A stretch of 64,000 nucleotides of DNA from Nemertoderma westbladi (lineage: Eukaryota > Animalia > Xenacoelomorpha), in contig JAUCBJ010000365.1 in the NCBI GenBank assembly GCA_032718475.1, positions 7,363 through 71,362 of the forward strand, given 5' to 3'. Under the pieces are notes generated by a model, which was given only the letters and a program-made list of their open reading frames with translations, ran no database searches and was not told where the DNA came from. Made by a program: the position numbers and the translations under genes. Shown in pieces: positions 23,108-35,100 of the stretch; position 1 is the first letter of the stretch; each line of letters begins with the position of its first letter.

Positions 23108-26100
23108 ATGAAGATGCTGGATCATAAACCGTACCTAAAGTACCTAGTGGTTCTGTTTGTGTTATCAGGTAATTGTTTGGTCCGACAGCCAGTACCTAGT
23201 GGTTCTGTTTGTGTTATCAGGTAATTGCTTGGTCCGACCAGCCAGTACCTAGTGGTTCTGCTTGTGTTATCAGGTAATTGTTTGGTCCGACCAGCCAGTA
23301 ACTAGTGGTTCTGCTTGTGTTATCAGGTAATTGTTTGGTCCGACCAGCCAGTACCTAGTGGTTCTGCTTGTGTTATCAGGTAATTGTTTGGTCCGACCAG
23401 CCAGTAACTAGTGGTTCTGCTTGTGTTATCAGGTAATTGTTTGGTCCGACAGCCAGTACCTAGTGGTTCTGCTTGTGTTATCAGGTAATTGTTTTTTCCG
23501 ACCAGCCAGTACCTAGTGGTTCTGCTTGTGTTATCAGGTAATTGCTTGGTCCGACCAGCCAGTACCTAGTGGTTCTGCTTGTGTTATCAGGTAATTGTTT
23601 GGTCCGACCAGCCAGTAACTAGTGGTTCTGCTTGTGTTATCAGGTAATTGTTTGGTCCGACCAGCCAGTACCTAGTGGTTTTGCTTGTGTTATCAGGTAA
23701 TTGTTTGGTCCGACAGCCAGTACCTAGTGGTTCTGCTTGTGTTATCAGGTAATTGTTTGGTCCGACCAGCCAGTAACTAGTGGTTCTGCTTGTGTTATCA
23801 GGTAATTGTTTGGTCCGACAGCCAGTACCTAGTGGTTCTGCTTTTGTTATCAGGTAATTGTTTTTTCCGACCAGCCAGTACCTAGTGGTTCTGCTTGTGT
23901 TATCAGGTAATTGCTTGGTCCGACCAGCCAGTACCTAGTGGTTCTGCTTGTGTTATCAGGTAATTGCTTGGTCCGACCAGCCAGTACCTAGTGGTTCTGC
24001 TTGTGTTATCAGGTAATTGTTTGGTCCGACCAGCCAGTAACTAGTGGTTCTGCTTGTGTTATCAGGTAATTGTTTGGTCCGACAGCCAGTACCTAGTGGT
24101 TTTGCTTGTGTTATCAGGTAATTGTTTGGTCCGACCAGCCAGTACCTAGTGGTTCTGCTTGTGTTATCAGTTAACTGTTTGGTCCGACCAGCCAGTACCT
24201 AGTGGTTCTGCTTGTGTTATCAGGTAATTGTTTGGTCCGACCACCCAGTAACTAGTGGTTCTGCTTGTGTTATCAGGTAATTGTTTGGTCCGACAGCCAG
24301 TACCTAGTGGTTCTGCTTGTGTTATCAGGTAATTGTTTTTTCCGACCAGCCAGTACCTAGTGGTTCTGCTTGTGTTATCAGGTAATTGCTTGGTCCGACC
24401 AGCCAGTACCTAGTGGTTCTGCTTGTGTTATCAGGTAATTGTTTGGTCCGACCAGCCAGTAACTAGTGGTTCTGCTTGTGTTATCAGGTAATTGTTTGGT
24501 CCGACCAGCCAGTACCTAGTGGTTTTGCTTGTGTTATCAGGTAATTGTTTGGTCCGACAGCCAGTACCTAGTGGTTCTGCTTGTGTTATCAGGTAATTGT
24601 TTGGTCCGACCAGCCAGTAACTAGTGGTTCTGCTTGTGTTATCAGGTAATTGTTTGGTCCGACAGCCAGTACCTAGTGGTTTTGCTTGTGTTATCAGGTA
24701 ATTGTTTGGTCCGACCAGCCAGTACCTAGTGGTTCTGCTTGTGTTATCAGTTAACTGTTTGGTCCGACCAGCCAGTACCTAGTGGTTCTGCTTGTGTTAT
24801 CAGGTAATTGTTTGGGCCGACCAGCCTTTTAATCCTTCACTAAACCATTATAAATAAAAATTTTATTATGTAACATAGGAAAAAAAACATTTAATATTAG
24901 TAACCACAATATGGTAATTAAATTTATGTAATATTATTAACCACAACATAACATAATTATAATTATTTGTATTGAGTTTATTGGGTTTGTATTATGTCCA
25001 TGCATTAACGAATACCTATTGATGAAAGTTGTATATCTTTTGAGACACTTTCCTTCCTTCCATAACCTTCCATAAACGAAATGTTATCTATTTTTAGCAC
25101 GTGGAGATGATTCTGCCACAGCTAGAACTCTTGGAAACGAGTTGACATACAGGAGTCATAAAGAAACGTCCCCGCCACCGGCGCCCACCAATGCACCACC
25201 AGCCACACCAGCTCCACCACCAAGCGTTAAAGAATGGTCAATGTCAGTGAAGGATCTTATAATGGTTGATGGAGCAAATCGGGCGAAGAGAGATGCAGTC
25301 GACCCCGATACGTTACCTAAACCAGCCGGCGCAGCAGATAGAGTGGCTGCCTTGAGTTCCTTAACTAAACGTTACGAACCGGCGGAGAATATTCGTAAAA
25401 AATCCATTGATAATAAACCATCGACAAACAATCCTAAGAATCCTTGGTTTGCAGAAAGGTAAATCATTTAGTTTTTGTTTTTTGCCTTAGTTGAGTAGTT
25501 GTAGTGCCTTAGTAGAGTAGTTACAGTGCCTTAGTAGAGTAGTTGTAGTGCCTTAGTAGAGTAGTTGCAGTGCCTTAGTAGAGTAGTTGCAGTGCCTTAG
25601 TAGAGTAGTTGCAGTGCCTTAGTAGAGTAGTTGCAGTGCCTTAGTAGAGTAGTTGCAGTGCCTTAGTAGAGTAGTTGCAGTGCCTTAGTAGAGTAGTTGC
25701 AGTGCCTTAGTAGAGTAGTTGCAGTGCCTTAGTAGAGTAGTTGCAGTGCCTTAGTAGAGTAGTTGCAGTGCCTTTGTAGTGTAGTTGCAGTGCCTTAGTA
25801 GAGTAGTTGCAGTGCCTTAGTAGAGTAGTTGCAGTGCCTTAGTAGAGTAGTTGCAGTGCCTTTGTAGTGTAGTTGCAGTGCCTTAGTAGATTAGTTGCAG
25901 TGCCTTAGTAGATTAGTTGCAGTGCCTTAGTAGAGTAGTTGCAGTGCCTTAGTAGAGTAGTTGCAGTGCCTTAGTAGAGTAGTTGCAGTGCCTTAGTAGA
26001 GTAGTTGCAGTGCCTTTGTAGTGTAGTTGCAGTGCCTTAGTAGAGTAGTTGCAGTGCCTTAGTAGAGTAGTTGCAGTGCCTTAGTAGAGTAGTTGCAGTG

Positions 26101-29100
26101 CCTTAGTAGAGTAGTTGCAGTACCTTAGTAGAGTAGTTGCAGTGCCTTAGTAGAGTAGTTGCAGTACCTTTGTAGTGTAGTTGCAGTGCCTTAGTAGAGT
26201 AGTTGCAGTGCCTTAGTAGTGTAGTTGCAGTGCCTTAGTAGAGTAGTTGCAGTACCTTAGTAGTGTAGTTGCAGTGCCTTAGTAGAGTAGTTGCAGTGCC
26301 TTAGTAGAGTAGTTGCAGTGCCTTAGTAGAGTAGTTGCAGTACCTTAGTAGAGTAGTTGCAGGGTACTTTTGCACTTTAGGTCCCCACCCCTAGATTTTT
26401 TTTGTTTTCTCCTTTCTGAGATTTTCACCTTCTGAGAGAGGTTACCTATTATTTTTTATTAAGGTAGCTAGTGTTTTTAAAGGTAGCTAGTGATCTTAAA
26501 ATTACAAAAGAAATTTTGTAGTGCCCCTTTTATTTAGACAATTTCCATATCATCAATAGATTCTCGCAATTAATAAAAAGATAAATAAATCTAGTAATAA
26601 GTAAAATAGGCCTAAATAAGTAAAATAAGTAAAAACTCTATCTATCTACTCTGCCTATATTTTGTATAAAATATAAAAAATTAGCTAGTGAATAATTACT
26701 AGCTACTTTGACTATCAAATAAAAATTACTAGCTACCATTACTCATAAATTATTCCATACAAATATATAATTGAGAATTAAATTACCAGTATATCCTACA
26801 TTTACTAGCTAATAAATAGTACTAGCTAACACAAAATTAAAAGTACTAGCTACCATCTTACTGTCAGAAGGTCAAATATTTGTTCTAGATAAAAAACCTC
26901 ATAATAAAATATATTTTTACAAGAAAAAAGTTGGTCAATTTTTTTTTCAATTTTTCAATTATAATTTTTTTCACTAGCTAATAAAAAGTACTAGCTATAA
27001 CACAAAAACAAAATTACTAGCTACCATCGTACTGGCAGAAGGTTAAATATTTGTTCTAGAACAAAAAACCTCATGATAAATCTCAGAAAGGAGAAAACAA
27101 AAAAAATCTAGGGGTGGGGACCTAAAGTGCAAAAGTACCTTTGTAGTGTAGTTGCAGTGCCTTAGTAGAGTAGTTGCAGTGCCTTAGTAGAGTAGTTGCA
27201 GTGCCTTAGTAGAGTAGTTGCAGTGCCTTAGTAGAGTAGTTGCAGTGCCTTAGTAGAGTAGTTGCAGTGCCTTAGTAGAGTAGTTGCAGTACCTTAGTAG
27301 AGTAGTTGCAGTGCCTTAGTAGAGTAGTTGTAGTGCCTTAGTAGAGTAGTTGCAGTGCCTTAGTAGAGTAGTTGCAGTGCCTTAGTAGAGTAGTTGCAGT
27401 ACCTTAGTAGTGTAGTTGCAGTGCCTTAGTAGTGTAGTTGCAGTGCCTTAGTAGAGTAGTTGCAGTGTCTTAGTAGAGTAGTTGCAGTGCCTTAGTAGAG
27501 TAGTTGCAGTGCCTTAGTAGAGTAGTTGCAGTGCCTTAGTAGAGTAGTTGCAGTGCCTTAGTAGAGTAGTTGCAGTGCCTTAGTAGAGTAGTTGCAGTGC
27601 CTTAGTAGAGTAGTTGCAGTGCCTTAGTAGAGTAGTTGCAGTGCCTTAGTAGAGTAGTTGCAGTGCCTTAGTAGAGTAGTTGCAGTGCCTTAGTAGAGTA
27701 GTTGCAGTGCCTTAGTAGAGTAGTTGCAGTGCCTTAGTAGAGTAGTTGCAGTGCCTTAGTAGAGTAGTTGCAGTGCCTTAGTAGAGTAGTTGCAGTGCCT
27801 TAGTAGAGTAGTTGCAGTGCCTTAGTAGAGTAGTTGCAGTGCCTTTGTAGTGTAGTTGCAGTGCCTTAGTAGAGTAGTTGCAGTGCCTTAGTAGAGTAGT
27901 TGCAGTGCCTTAGTAGAGTAGTTGCAGTGCCTTAGTAGAGTAGTTGCAGTACCTTAGTAGAGTAGTTGCAGTGCCTTAGTAGAGTAGTTGCAGTACCTTT
28001 GTAGTGTAGTTGCAGTGCCTTAGTAGAGTAGTTGCAGTGCCTTAGTAGTGTAGTTGCAGTGCCTTAGTAGAGTAGTTGCAGTACCTTAGTAGTGTAGTTG
28101 CAGTGCCTTAGTAGAGTAGTTGCAGTGCCTTAGTAGAGTAGTTGCAGTGCCTTAGTAGAGTAGTTGCAGTACCTTAGTAGAGTAGTTGCAGTGCCTTTGT
28201 AGTGTAGTTGCAGTGCCTTAGTAGAGTAGTTGCAGTGCCTTAGTAGAGTAGTTGCAGTGCCTTAGTAGAGTAGTTGCAGTGCCTTAGTAGAGTAGTTGCA
28301 GTGCCTTAGTAGAGTAGTTGCAGTGCCTTAGTAGAGTAGTTGCAGTACCTTAGTAGAGTAGTTGCAGTGCCTTAGTAGAGTAGTTGTAGTGCCTTAGTAG
28401 AGTAGTTGCAGTGCCTTAGTAGAGTAGTTGCAGTGCCTTAGTAGAGTAGTTGCAGTACCTTAGTAGTGTAGTTGCAGTGCCTTAGTAGTGTAGTTGCAGT
28501 GCCTTAGTAGAGTAGTTGCAGTGTCTTAGTAGAGTAGTTGCAGTGCCTTAGTAGAGTAGTTGCAGTGCCTTAGTAGAGTAGTTGCAGTGCCTTAGTAGAG
28601 TAGTTGCAGTGCCTTAGTAGAGTAGTTGCAGTGCCTTAGTAGAGTAGTTGCAGTGCCTTAGTAGAGTAGTTGCAGTGCCTTAGTAGAGTAGTTGCAGTGC
28701 CTTAGTAGAGTAGTTGCAGTGCCTTAGTAGAGTAGTTGCAGTGCCTTAGTAGAGTAGTTGCAGTGCCTTAGTAGAGTAGTTGCAGTGCCTTAGTAGAGTA
28801 GTTGCAGTGCCTTAGTAGAGTAGTTGCAGTGCCTTAGTAGAGTAGTTGCAGTGCCTTAGTAGAGTAGTTGTAGTGCCTTAGTAGAGTAGTTGCAGTACCT
28901 TAGTAGAGTAGTTGCAGTACCTTAGTAGAGTAGTTGCAGTGCCTTAGTAGAGTAGTTGCAGTGCCTTAGTAGAGTAGTTGCAGTGCCTTAGTAGTGTAGT
29001 TGCAGTACCTTAGTAGAGTAGTTGCAGTGCCTTAGTAGAGTAGTTGCAGTGCCTTAGTAGAGTAGTTGCAGTGCCTTAGTAGAGTAGTTGCAGTGCCTTA

Positions 29101-32100
29101 GTAGAGTAGTTGCAGTGCCTTAGTAGAGTAGTTGCAGTGCCTTAGTAGAGTAGTTGCAGTGCCTTAGTAGAGTAGTTGCAGTGCCTTAGTAGAGTAGTTG
29201 CAGTGCCTTAGTAGAGTAGTTGCAGTGCCTTAGTAGAGTAGTTGCAGTGCCTTAGTAGAGTAGTTGCAGTGCCTTAGTAGAGTAGTTGCAGTGCCTTAGT
29301 AGAGTAGTTGCAGTGCCTTAGTAGAGTAGTTGCAGTGCCTTAGTAGAGTAGTTGCAGTGCCTTAGTAGAGTAGTTGCAGTGCCTTAGTAGAGTAGTTGCA
29401 GTACCTTAGTAGAGTAGTTGCAGTGCCTTTGTAGTGTAGTTGCAGTGCCTTAGTAGAGTAGTTGCAGTGCCTTAGTAGAGTAGTTGCAGTGCCTTAGTAG
29501 AGTAGTTGCAGTGCCTTAGTAGAGTAGTTGCAGTGCCTTAGTAGAGTAGTTGCAGTGCCTTAGTAGAGTAGTTGCAGTACCTTAGTAGAGTAGTTGCAGT
29601 GCCTTAGTAGAGTAGTTGCAGTGCCTTAGTAGAGTAGTTGCAGTGCCTTAGTAGAGTAGTTGCAGTGCCTTAGTAGAGTAGTTGCAGTGCCTTAGTAGAG
29701 TAGTTGCAGTGCCTTAGTAGAGTAGTTGCAGTGCCTTAGTAGAGTAGTTGCAGTGCCTTAGTAGAGTAGTTGCAGTGCCTTAGTAGAGTAGTTGCAGTGC
29801 CTTAGTAGAGTAGTTGCAGTGCCTTAGTAGAGTAGTTGCAGTGCCTTAGTAGAGTAGTTGCAGTGCCTTAGTAGAGTAGTTGCAGTGCCTTAGTAGAGTA
29901 GTTGCAGTGCCTTAGTAGAGTAGTTGCAGTGCCTTAGTAGAGTAGTTGCAGTGCCTTAGTAGAGTAGTTGCAGTGCCTTAGTAGAGTAGTTGCAGTGCCT
30001 TAGTAGAGTAGTTGCAGTGCCTTAGTAGAGTAGTTGCAGTGCCTTAGTAGAGTAGTTGCAGTGCCTTAGTAGAGTAGTTGCAGTGCCTTTGTAGTGTAGT
30101 TGCAGTGCCTTAGTAGAGTAGTTGCAGTGCCTTAGTAGAGTAGTTGCAGTGCCTTAGTAGAGTAGTTGCAGTGCCTTAGTAGAGTAGTTGCAGTGCCTTA
30201 GTAGAGTAGTTGCAGTGCCTTAGTAGAGTAGTTGCAGTGCCTTAGTAGAGTAGTTGCAGTGCCTTAGTAGAGTAGTTGCAGTGCCTTAGTAGAGTAGTTG
30301 CAGTGCCTTAGTAGAGTAGTTGCAGTGCCTTAGTAGAGTAGTTGCAGTACCTTAGTAGTGTAGTTGCAGTGCCTTAGTAGTGTAGTTGCAGTGCCTTAGT
30401 AGAGTAGTTGCAGTGCCTTAGTAGAGTAGTTGCAGTGCCTTAGTAGAGTAGTTGCAGTGCCTTAGTAGAGTAGTTGCAGTGCCTTAGTAGAGTAGTTGCA
30501 GTGCCTTAGTAGAGTAGTTGCAGTGCCTTAGTAGAGTAGTTGCAGTGCCTTAGTAGAGTAGTTGCAGTGCCTTAGTAGAGTAGTTGCAGTGCCTTAGTAG
30601 AGTAGTTGCAGTGCCTTAGTAGAGTAGTTGCAGTGCCTTAGTAGAGTAGTTGCAGTGCCTTAGTAGAGTAGTTGCAGTGCCTTAGTAGAGTAGTTGCAGT
30701 GCCTTAGTAGAGTAGTTGCAGTGCCTTAGTAGAGTAGTTGCAGTGCCTTAGTAGATTTGTTGTAGTGCCTTAGTAGAGTAGTTGCAGTACCTTAGTAGAG
30801 TAGTTGCAGTACCTTAGTAGAGTAGTTGCAGTACCTTAGTAGAGTAGTTGCAGTGCCTTAGTAGAGTAGTTGCAGTGCCTTAGTAGAGTAGTTGCAGTGC
30901 CTTAGTAGAGTAGTTGCAGTGCCTTTGTAGTGTAGTTGCAGTACCTTAGTAGAGTAGTTGCAGTACCTTAGTAGAGTAGTTGCAGTACCTTAGTAGAGTA
31001 GTTGCAGTGCCTTAGTAGAGTAGTTGCAGTACCTTAGTAGAGTAGTTGCAGTACCTTAGTAGAGTAGTTGCAGTGCCTTAGTAGAGTAGTTGCAGTGCCT
31101 TAGTAGAGTAGTTGCAGTACCTTAGTAGAGTAGTTGCAGTACCTTAGTAGAGTAGTTGCAGTACCTTAGTAGAGTAGTTGCAGTACCTTAGTAGAGTAGT
31201 TGCAGTACCTTAGTAGAGTAGTTGCAGTGCCTTAGTAGAGTAGTTGCAGTGCATTTGTAGTGTAGTTGCAGTACCTTAGTAGAGTAGTTGCAGTACCTTA
31301 GTAGAGTAGTTGCAGTGCCTTAGTAGAGTAGTTGCAGTACCTTAGTAGAGTAGTTGCAGTACCTTAGTAGAGTAGTTGCAGTGCCTTAGTAGAGTAGTTG
31401 CAGTGCCTTAGTAGAGTAGTTGCAGTGCCTTAGTAGAGTAGTTGCAGTGCCTTAGTAGAGTAGTTGCAGTGCCTTAGTAGAGTAGTTGTAGTGCCTTAGT
31501 AGTGTAGTTGCAGTACCTTAGTAGAGTAGTTGCAGTGCCTTAGTAGAGTAGTTGCAGTGCCTTTGTAGTGTAGTTGCAGTGCCTTAGTAGTGTAGTTGCA
31601 GTGCCTTTGTAGTGTAGTTGCAGTGCCTTAGTAGAGTAGTTGCAGTGCCTTTGTAGTGTAGTTGCAGTGCCTTTGTAGTGTAGTTGCAGTGCCTTAGTAG
31701 AGTAGTTGCAGTGCCTTTGTAGTGTAGTTGCAGTGCCTTAGTAGATTAGTTGCAGTGCCTTAGTAGAGTAGTTGCAGTGCCTTAGTAGAGTAGTTGCAGT
31801 GCCTTAGTAGAGTAGTTGCAGTGTCTTAGTAGAGTAGTTGCAGTGCCTTAGTAGAGTAGTTGCAGTGCCTTAGTAGAGTAGTTGCAGTGCCTTAGTAGAG
31901 TAGTTGCAGTGCCTTAGTAGAGTAGTTGCAGTGCCTTAGTAGAGTAGTTGCAGTGCCTTAGTAGAGTAGTTGCAGTGCCTTAGTAGAGTAGTTGCAGTGC
32001 CTTAGTAGAGTAGTTGCAGTGCCTTAGTAGAGTAGTTGCAGTGCCTTAGTAGAGTAGTTGCAGTGCCTTAGTAGAGTAGTTGCAGTGCCTTAGTAGAGTA

Positions 32101-35100
32101 GTTGCAGTGCCTTAGTAGAGTAGTTGCAGTGCCTTAGTAGAGTAGTTGCAGTGCCTTAGTAGAGTAGTTGCAGTGCCTTAGTAGAGTAGTTGCAGTGCCT
32201 TAGTAGAGTAGTTGCAGTGCCTTAGTAGAGTAGTTGCAGTGCCTTAGTAGAGTAGTTGCAGTACCTTAGTAGAGTAGTTGCAGTGCCTTTGTAGTGTAGT
32301 TGCAGTGCCTTAGTAGAGTAGTTGCAGTGCCTTAGTAGAGTAGTTGCAGTGCCTTAGTAGAGTAGTTGCAGTGCCTTAGTAGAGTAGTTGCAGTGCCTTA
32401 GTAGAGTAGTTGCAGTGCCTTAGTAGAGTAGTTGCAGTACCTTAGTAGAGTAGTTGCAGTGCCTTAGTAGAGTAGTTGTAGTGCCTTAGTAGAGTAGTTG
32501 CAGTGCCTTAGTAGAGTAGTTGCAGTGCCTTAGTAGAGTAGTTGCAGTACCTTAGTAGTGTAGTTGCAGTGCCTTAGTAGTGTAGTTGCAGTGCCTTAGT
32601 AGAGTAGTTGCAGTGTCTTAGTAGAGTAGTTGCAGTGCCTTAGTAGAGTAGTTGCAGTGCCTTAGTAGAGTAGTTGCAGTGCCTTAGTAGAGTAGTTGCA
32701 GTGCCTTAGTAGAGTAGTTGCAGTGCCTTAGTAGAGTAGTTGCAGTGCCTTAGTAGAGTAGTTGCAGTGCCTTAGTAGAGTAGTTGCAGTGCCTTAGTAG
32801 AGTAGTTGCAGTGCCTTAGTAGAGTAGTTGCAGTGCCTTAGTAGAGTAGTTGCAGTGCCTTAGTAGAGTAGTTGCAGTGCCTTAGTAGAGTAGTTGCAGT
32901 GCCTTAGTAGAGTAGTTGCAGTGCCTTAGTAGAGTAGTTGCAGTGCCTTAGTAGATTTGTTGTAGTGCCTTAGTAGAGTAGTTGCAGTACCTTAGTAGAG
33001 TAGTTGCAGTACCTTAGTAGAGTAGTTGCAGTACCTTAGTAGAGTAGTTGCAGTGCCTTAGTAGAGTAGTTGCAGTGCCTTAGTAGAGTAGTTGCAGTGC
33101 CTTAGTAGAGTAGTTGCAGTGCCTTTGTAGTGTAGTTGCAGTACCTTAGTAGAGTAGTTGCAGTACCTTAGTAGAGTAGTTGCAGTACCTTAGTAGAGTA
33201 GTTGCAGTGCCTTAGTAGAGTAGTTGCAGTACCTTAGTAGAGTAGTTGCAGTACCTTAGTAGAGTAGTTGCAGTGCCTTAGTAGAGTAGTTGCAGTGCCT
33301 TAGTAGAGTAGTTGCAGTACCTTAGTAGAGTAGTTGCAGTACCTTAGTAGAGTAGTTGCAGTACCTTAGTAGAGTAGTTGCAGTACCTTAGTAGAGTAGT
33401 TGCAGTACCTTAGTAGAGTAGTTGCAGTGCCTTAGTAGAGTAGTTGCAGTGCATTTGTAGTGTAGTTGCAGTACCTTAGTAGAGTAGTTGCAGTACCTTA
33501 GTAGAGTAGTTGCAGTACCTTAGTAGAGTAGTTGCAGTACCTTAGTAGAGTAGTTGCAGTACCTTAGTAGAGTAGTTGCAGTGCCTTAGTAGAGTAGTTG
33601 CAGTGCCTTAGTAGAGTAGTTGCAGTGCCTTAGTAGAGTAGTTGCAGTGCCTTAGTAGAGTAGTTGCAGTGCCTTAGTAGAGTAGTTGTAGTGCCTTAGT
33701 AGTGTAGTTGCAGTACCTTAGTAGAGTAGTTGCAGTGCCTTAGTAGAGTAGTTGCAGTGCCTTTGTAGTGTAGTTGCAGTGCCTTAGTAGTGTAGTTGCA
33801 GTGCCTTTGTAGTGTAGTTGCAGTGCCTTAGTAGAGTAGTTGCAGTGCCTTTGTAGTGTAGTTGCAGTGCCTTTGTAGTGTAGTTGCAGTGCCTTAGTAG
33901 AGTAGTTGCAGTGCCTTTGTAGTGTAGTTGCAGTGCCTTAGTAGATTAGTTGCAGTGCCTTAGTAGAGTAGTTGCAGTGCCTTAGTAGAGTAGTTGCAGT
34001 GCCTTAGTAGAGTAGTTGCAGTGTCTTAGTAGAGTAGTTGCAGTGCCTTAGTAGAGTAGTTGCAGTGCCTTAGTAGAGTAGTTGCAGTGCCTTAGTAGAG
34101 TAGTTGTAGTGCCTTAGTAGAGTAGTTGCAGTGCCTTAGTAGAGTAGTTGCAGTGCCTTAGTAGAGTAGTTGTAGTGCCTTAGTAGTGTAGTTGCAGTAC
34201 CTTAGTAGAGTAGTTGCAGTGCTTCAGTATTATTGTTCATTTGTAGCGAGATAAGTAATTGAGCCTCATGATTCATTCCCATTCTTAATCCCCAAACCCA
34301 AAATATATAAAACAACATCACAAACCCATTGGAGTCCATTGGAAGCCAACTGACAAACGATTCCAGTATATTTTCTATAAAATTACATTATAATTTCAGG
34401 GGCGATGCCTGGAGGAATGTCAACTGTCGTCATGTTTCTCCACCTCCCAACGCGGTTGTTGCCGAAATGAATTTGGATCCTTTCTATAAGAAATACCTTC
34501 ACGCCTATGGAATTCCGATACTCAGTTCGGAGAATGTTCCGGATGAGGCACTTCGGAAAGCCTGTTACATTACTTGGTTCATGATGTTAGATCGGTAGGT
34601 TATACTTGTTACATTACTTGGTTCATGATGTTAGATCGGTAGGTTATACTTGTTACATTACTTGGTTCATGATGTTAGATCGGTAGGTTATACTTGTTAC
34701 ATTACTTGGTTCATGATGTTAGATAGGTAGGTTATACTTGTTACATTACTTGGTTCATGATGTTAGATAGGTAGGTTATACTTGTTACATTACTTGGTTC
34801 ATGATGTTGGATAGGTAGGTTATACTTGTTACATTACTTGGTTCATGATGTTAGATAGGTAGGTTATACTTGTTATATTACTTGGTTCATGGTGTTAGAT
34901 AGGTAGGTTATACTTGTTACATTACTTGGTTCATGATGTTAGATCGGTAGGTTATACTTGTTACATTACTTGGTTCATGATGTTAGATAGGTTAAGTTTA
35001 TACCTGTTATATTACTTGGTTCATGATGTTAGATAGGTAGGTTATACTTGTTACATTACTTGGTTCATGATTTTAGATAGGTAGGTTATACCTGTTACAT

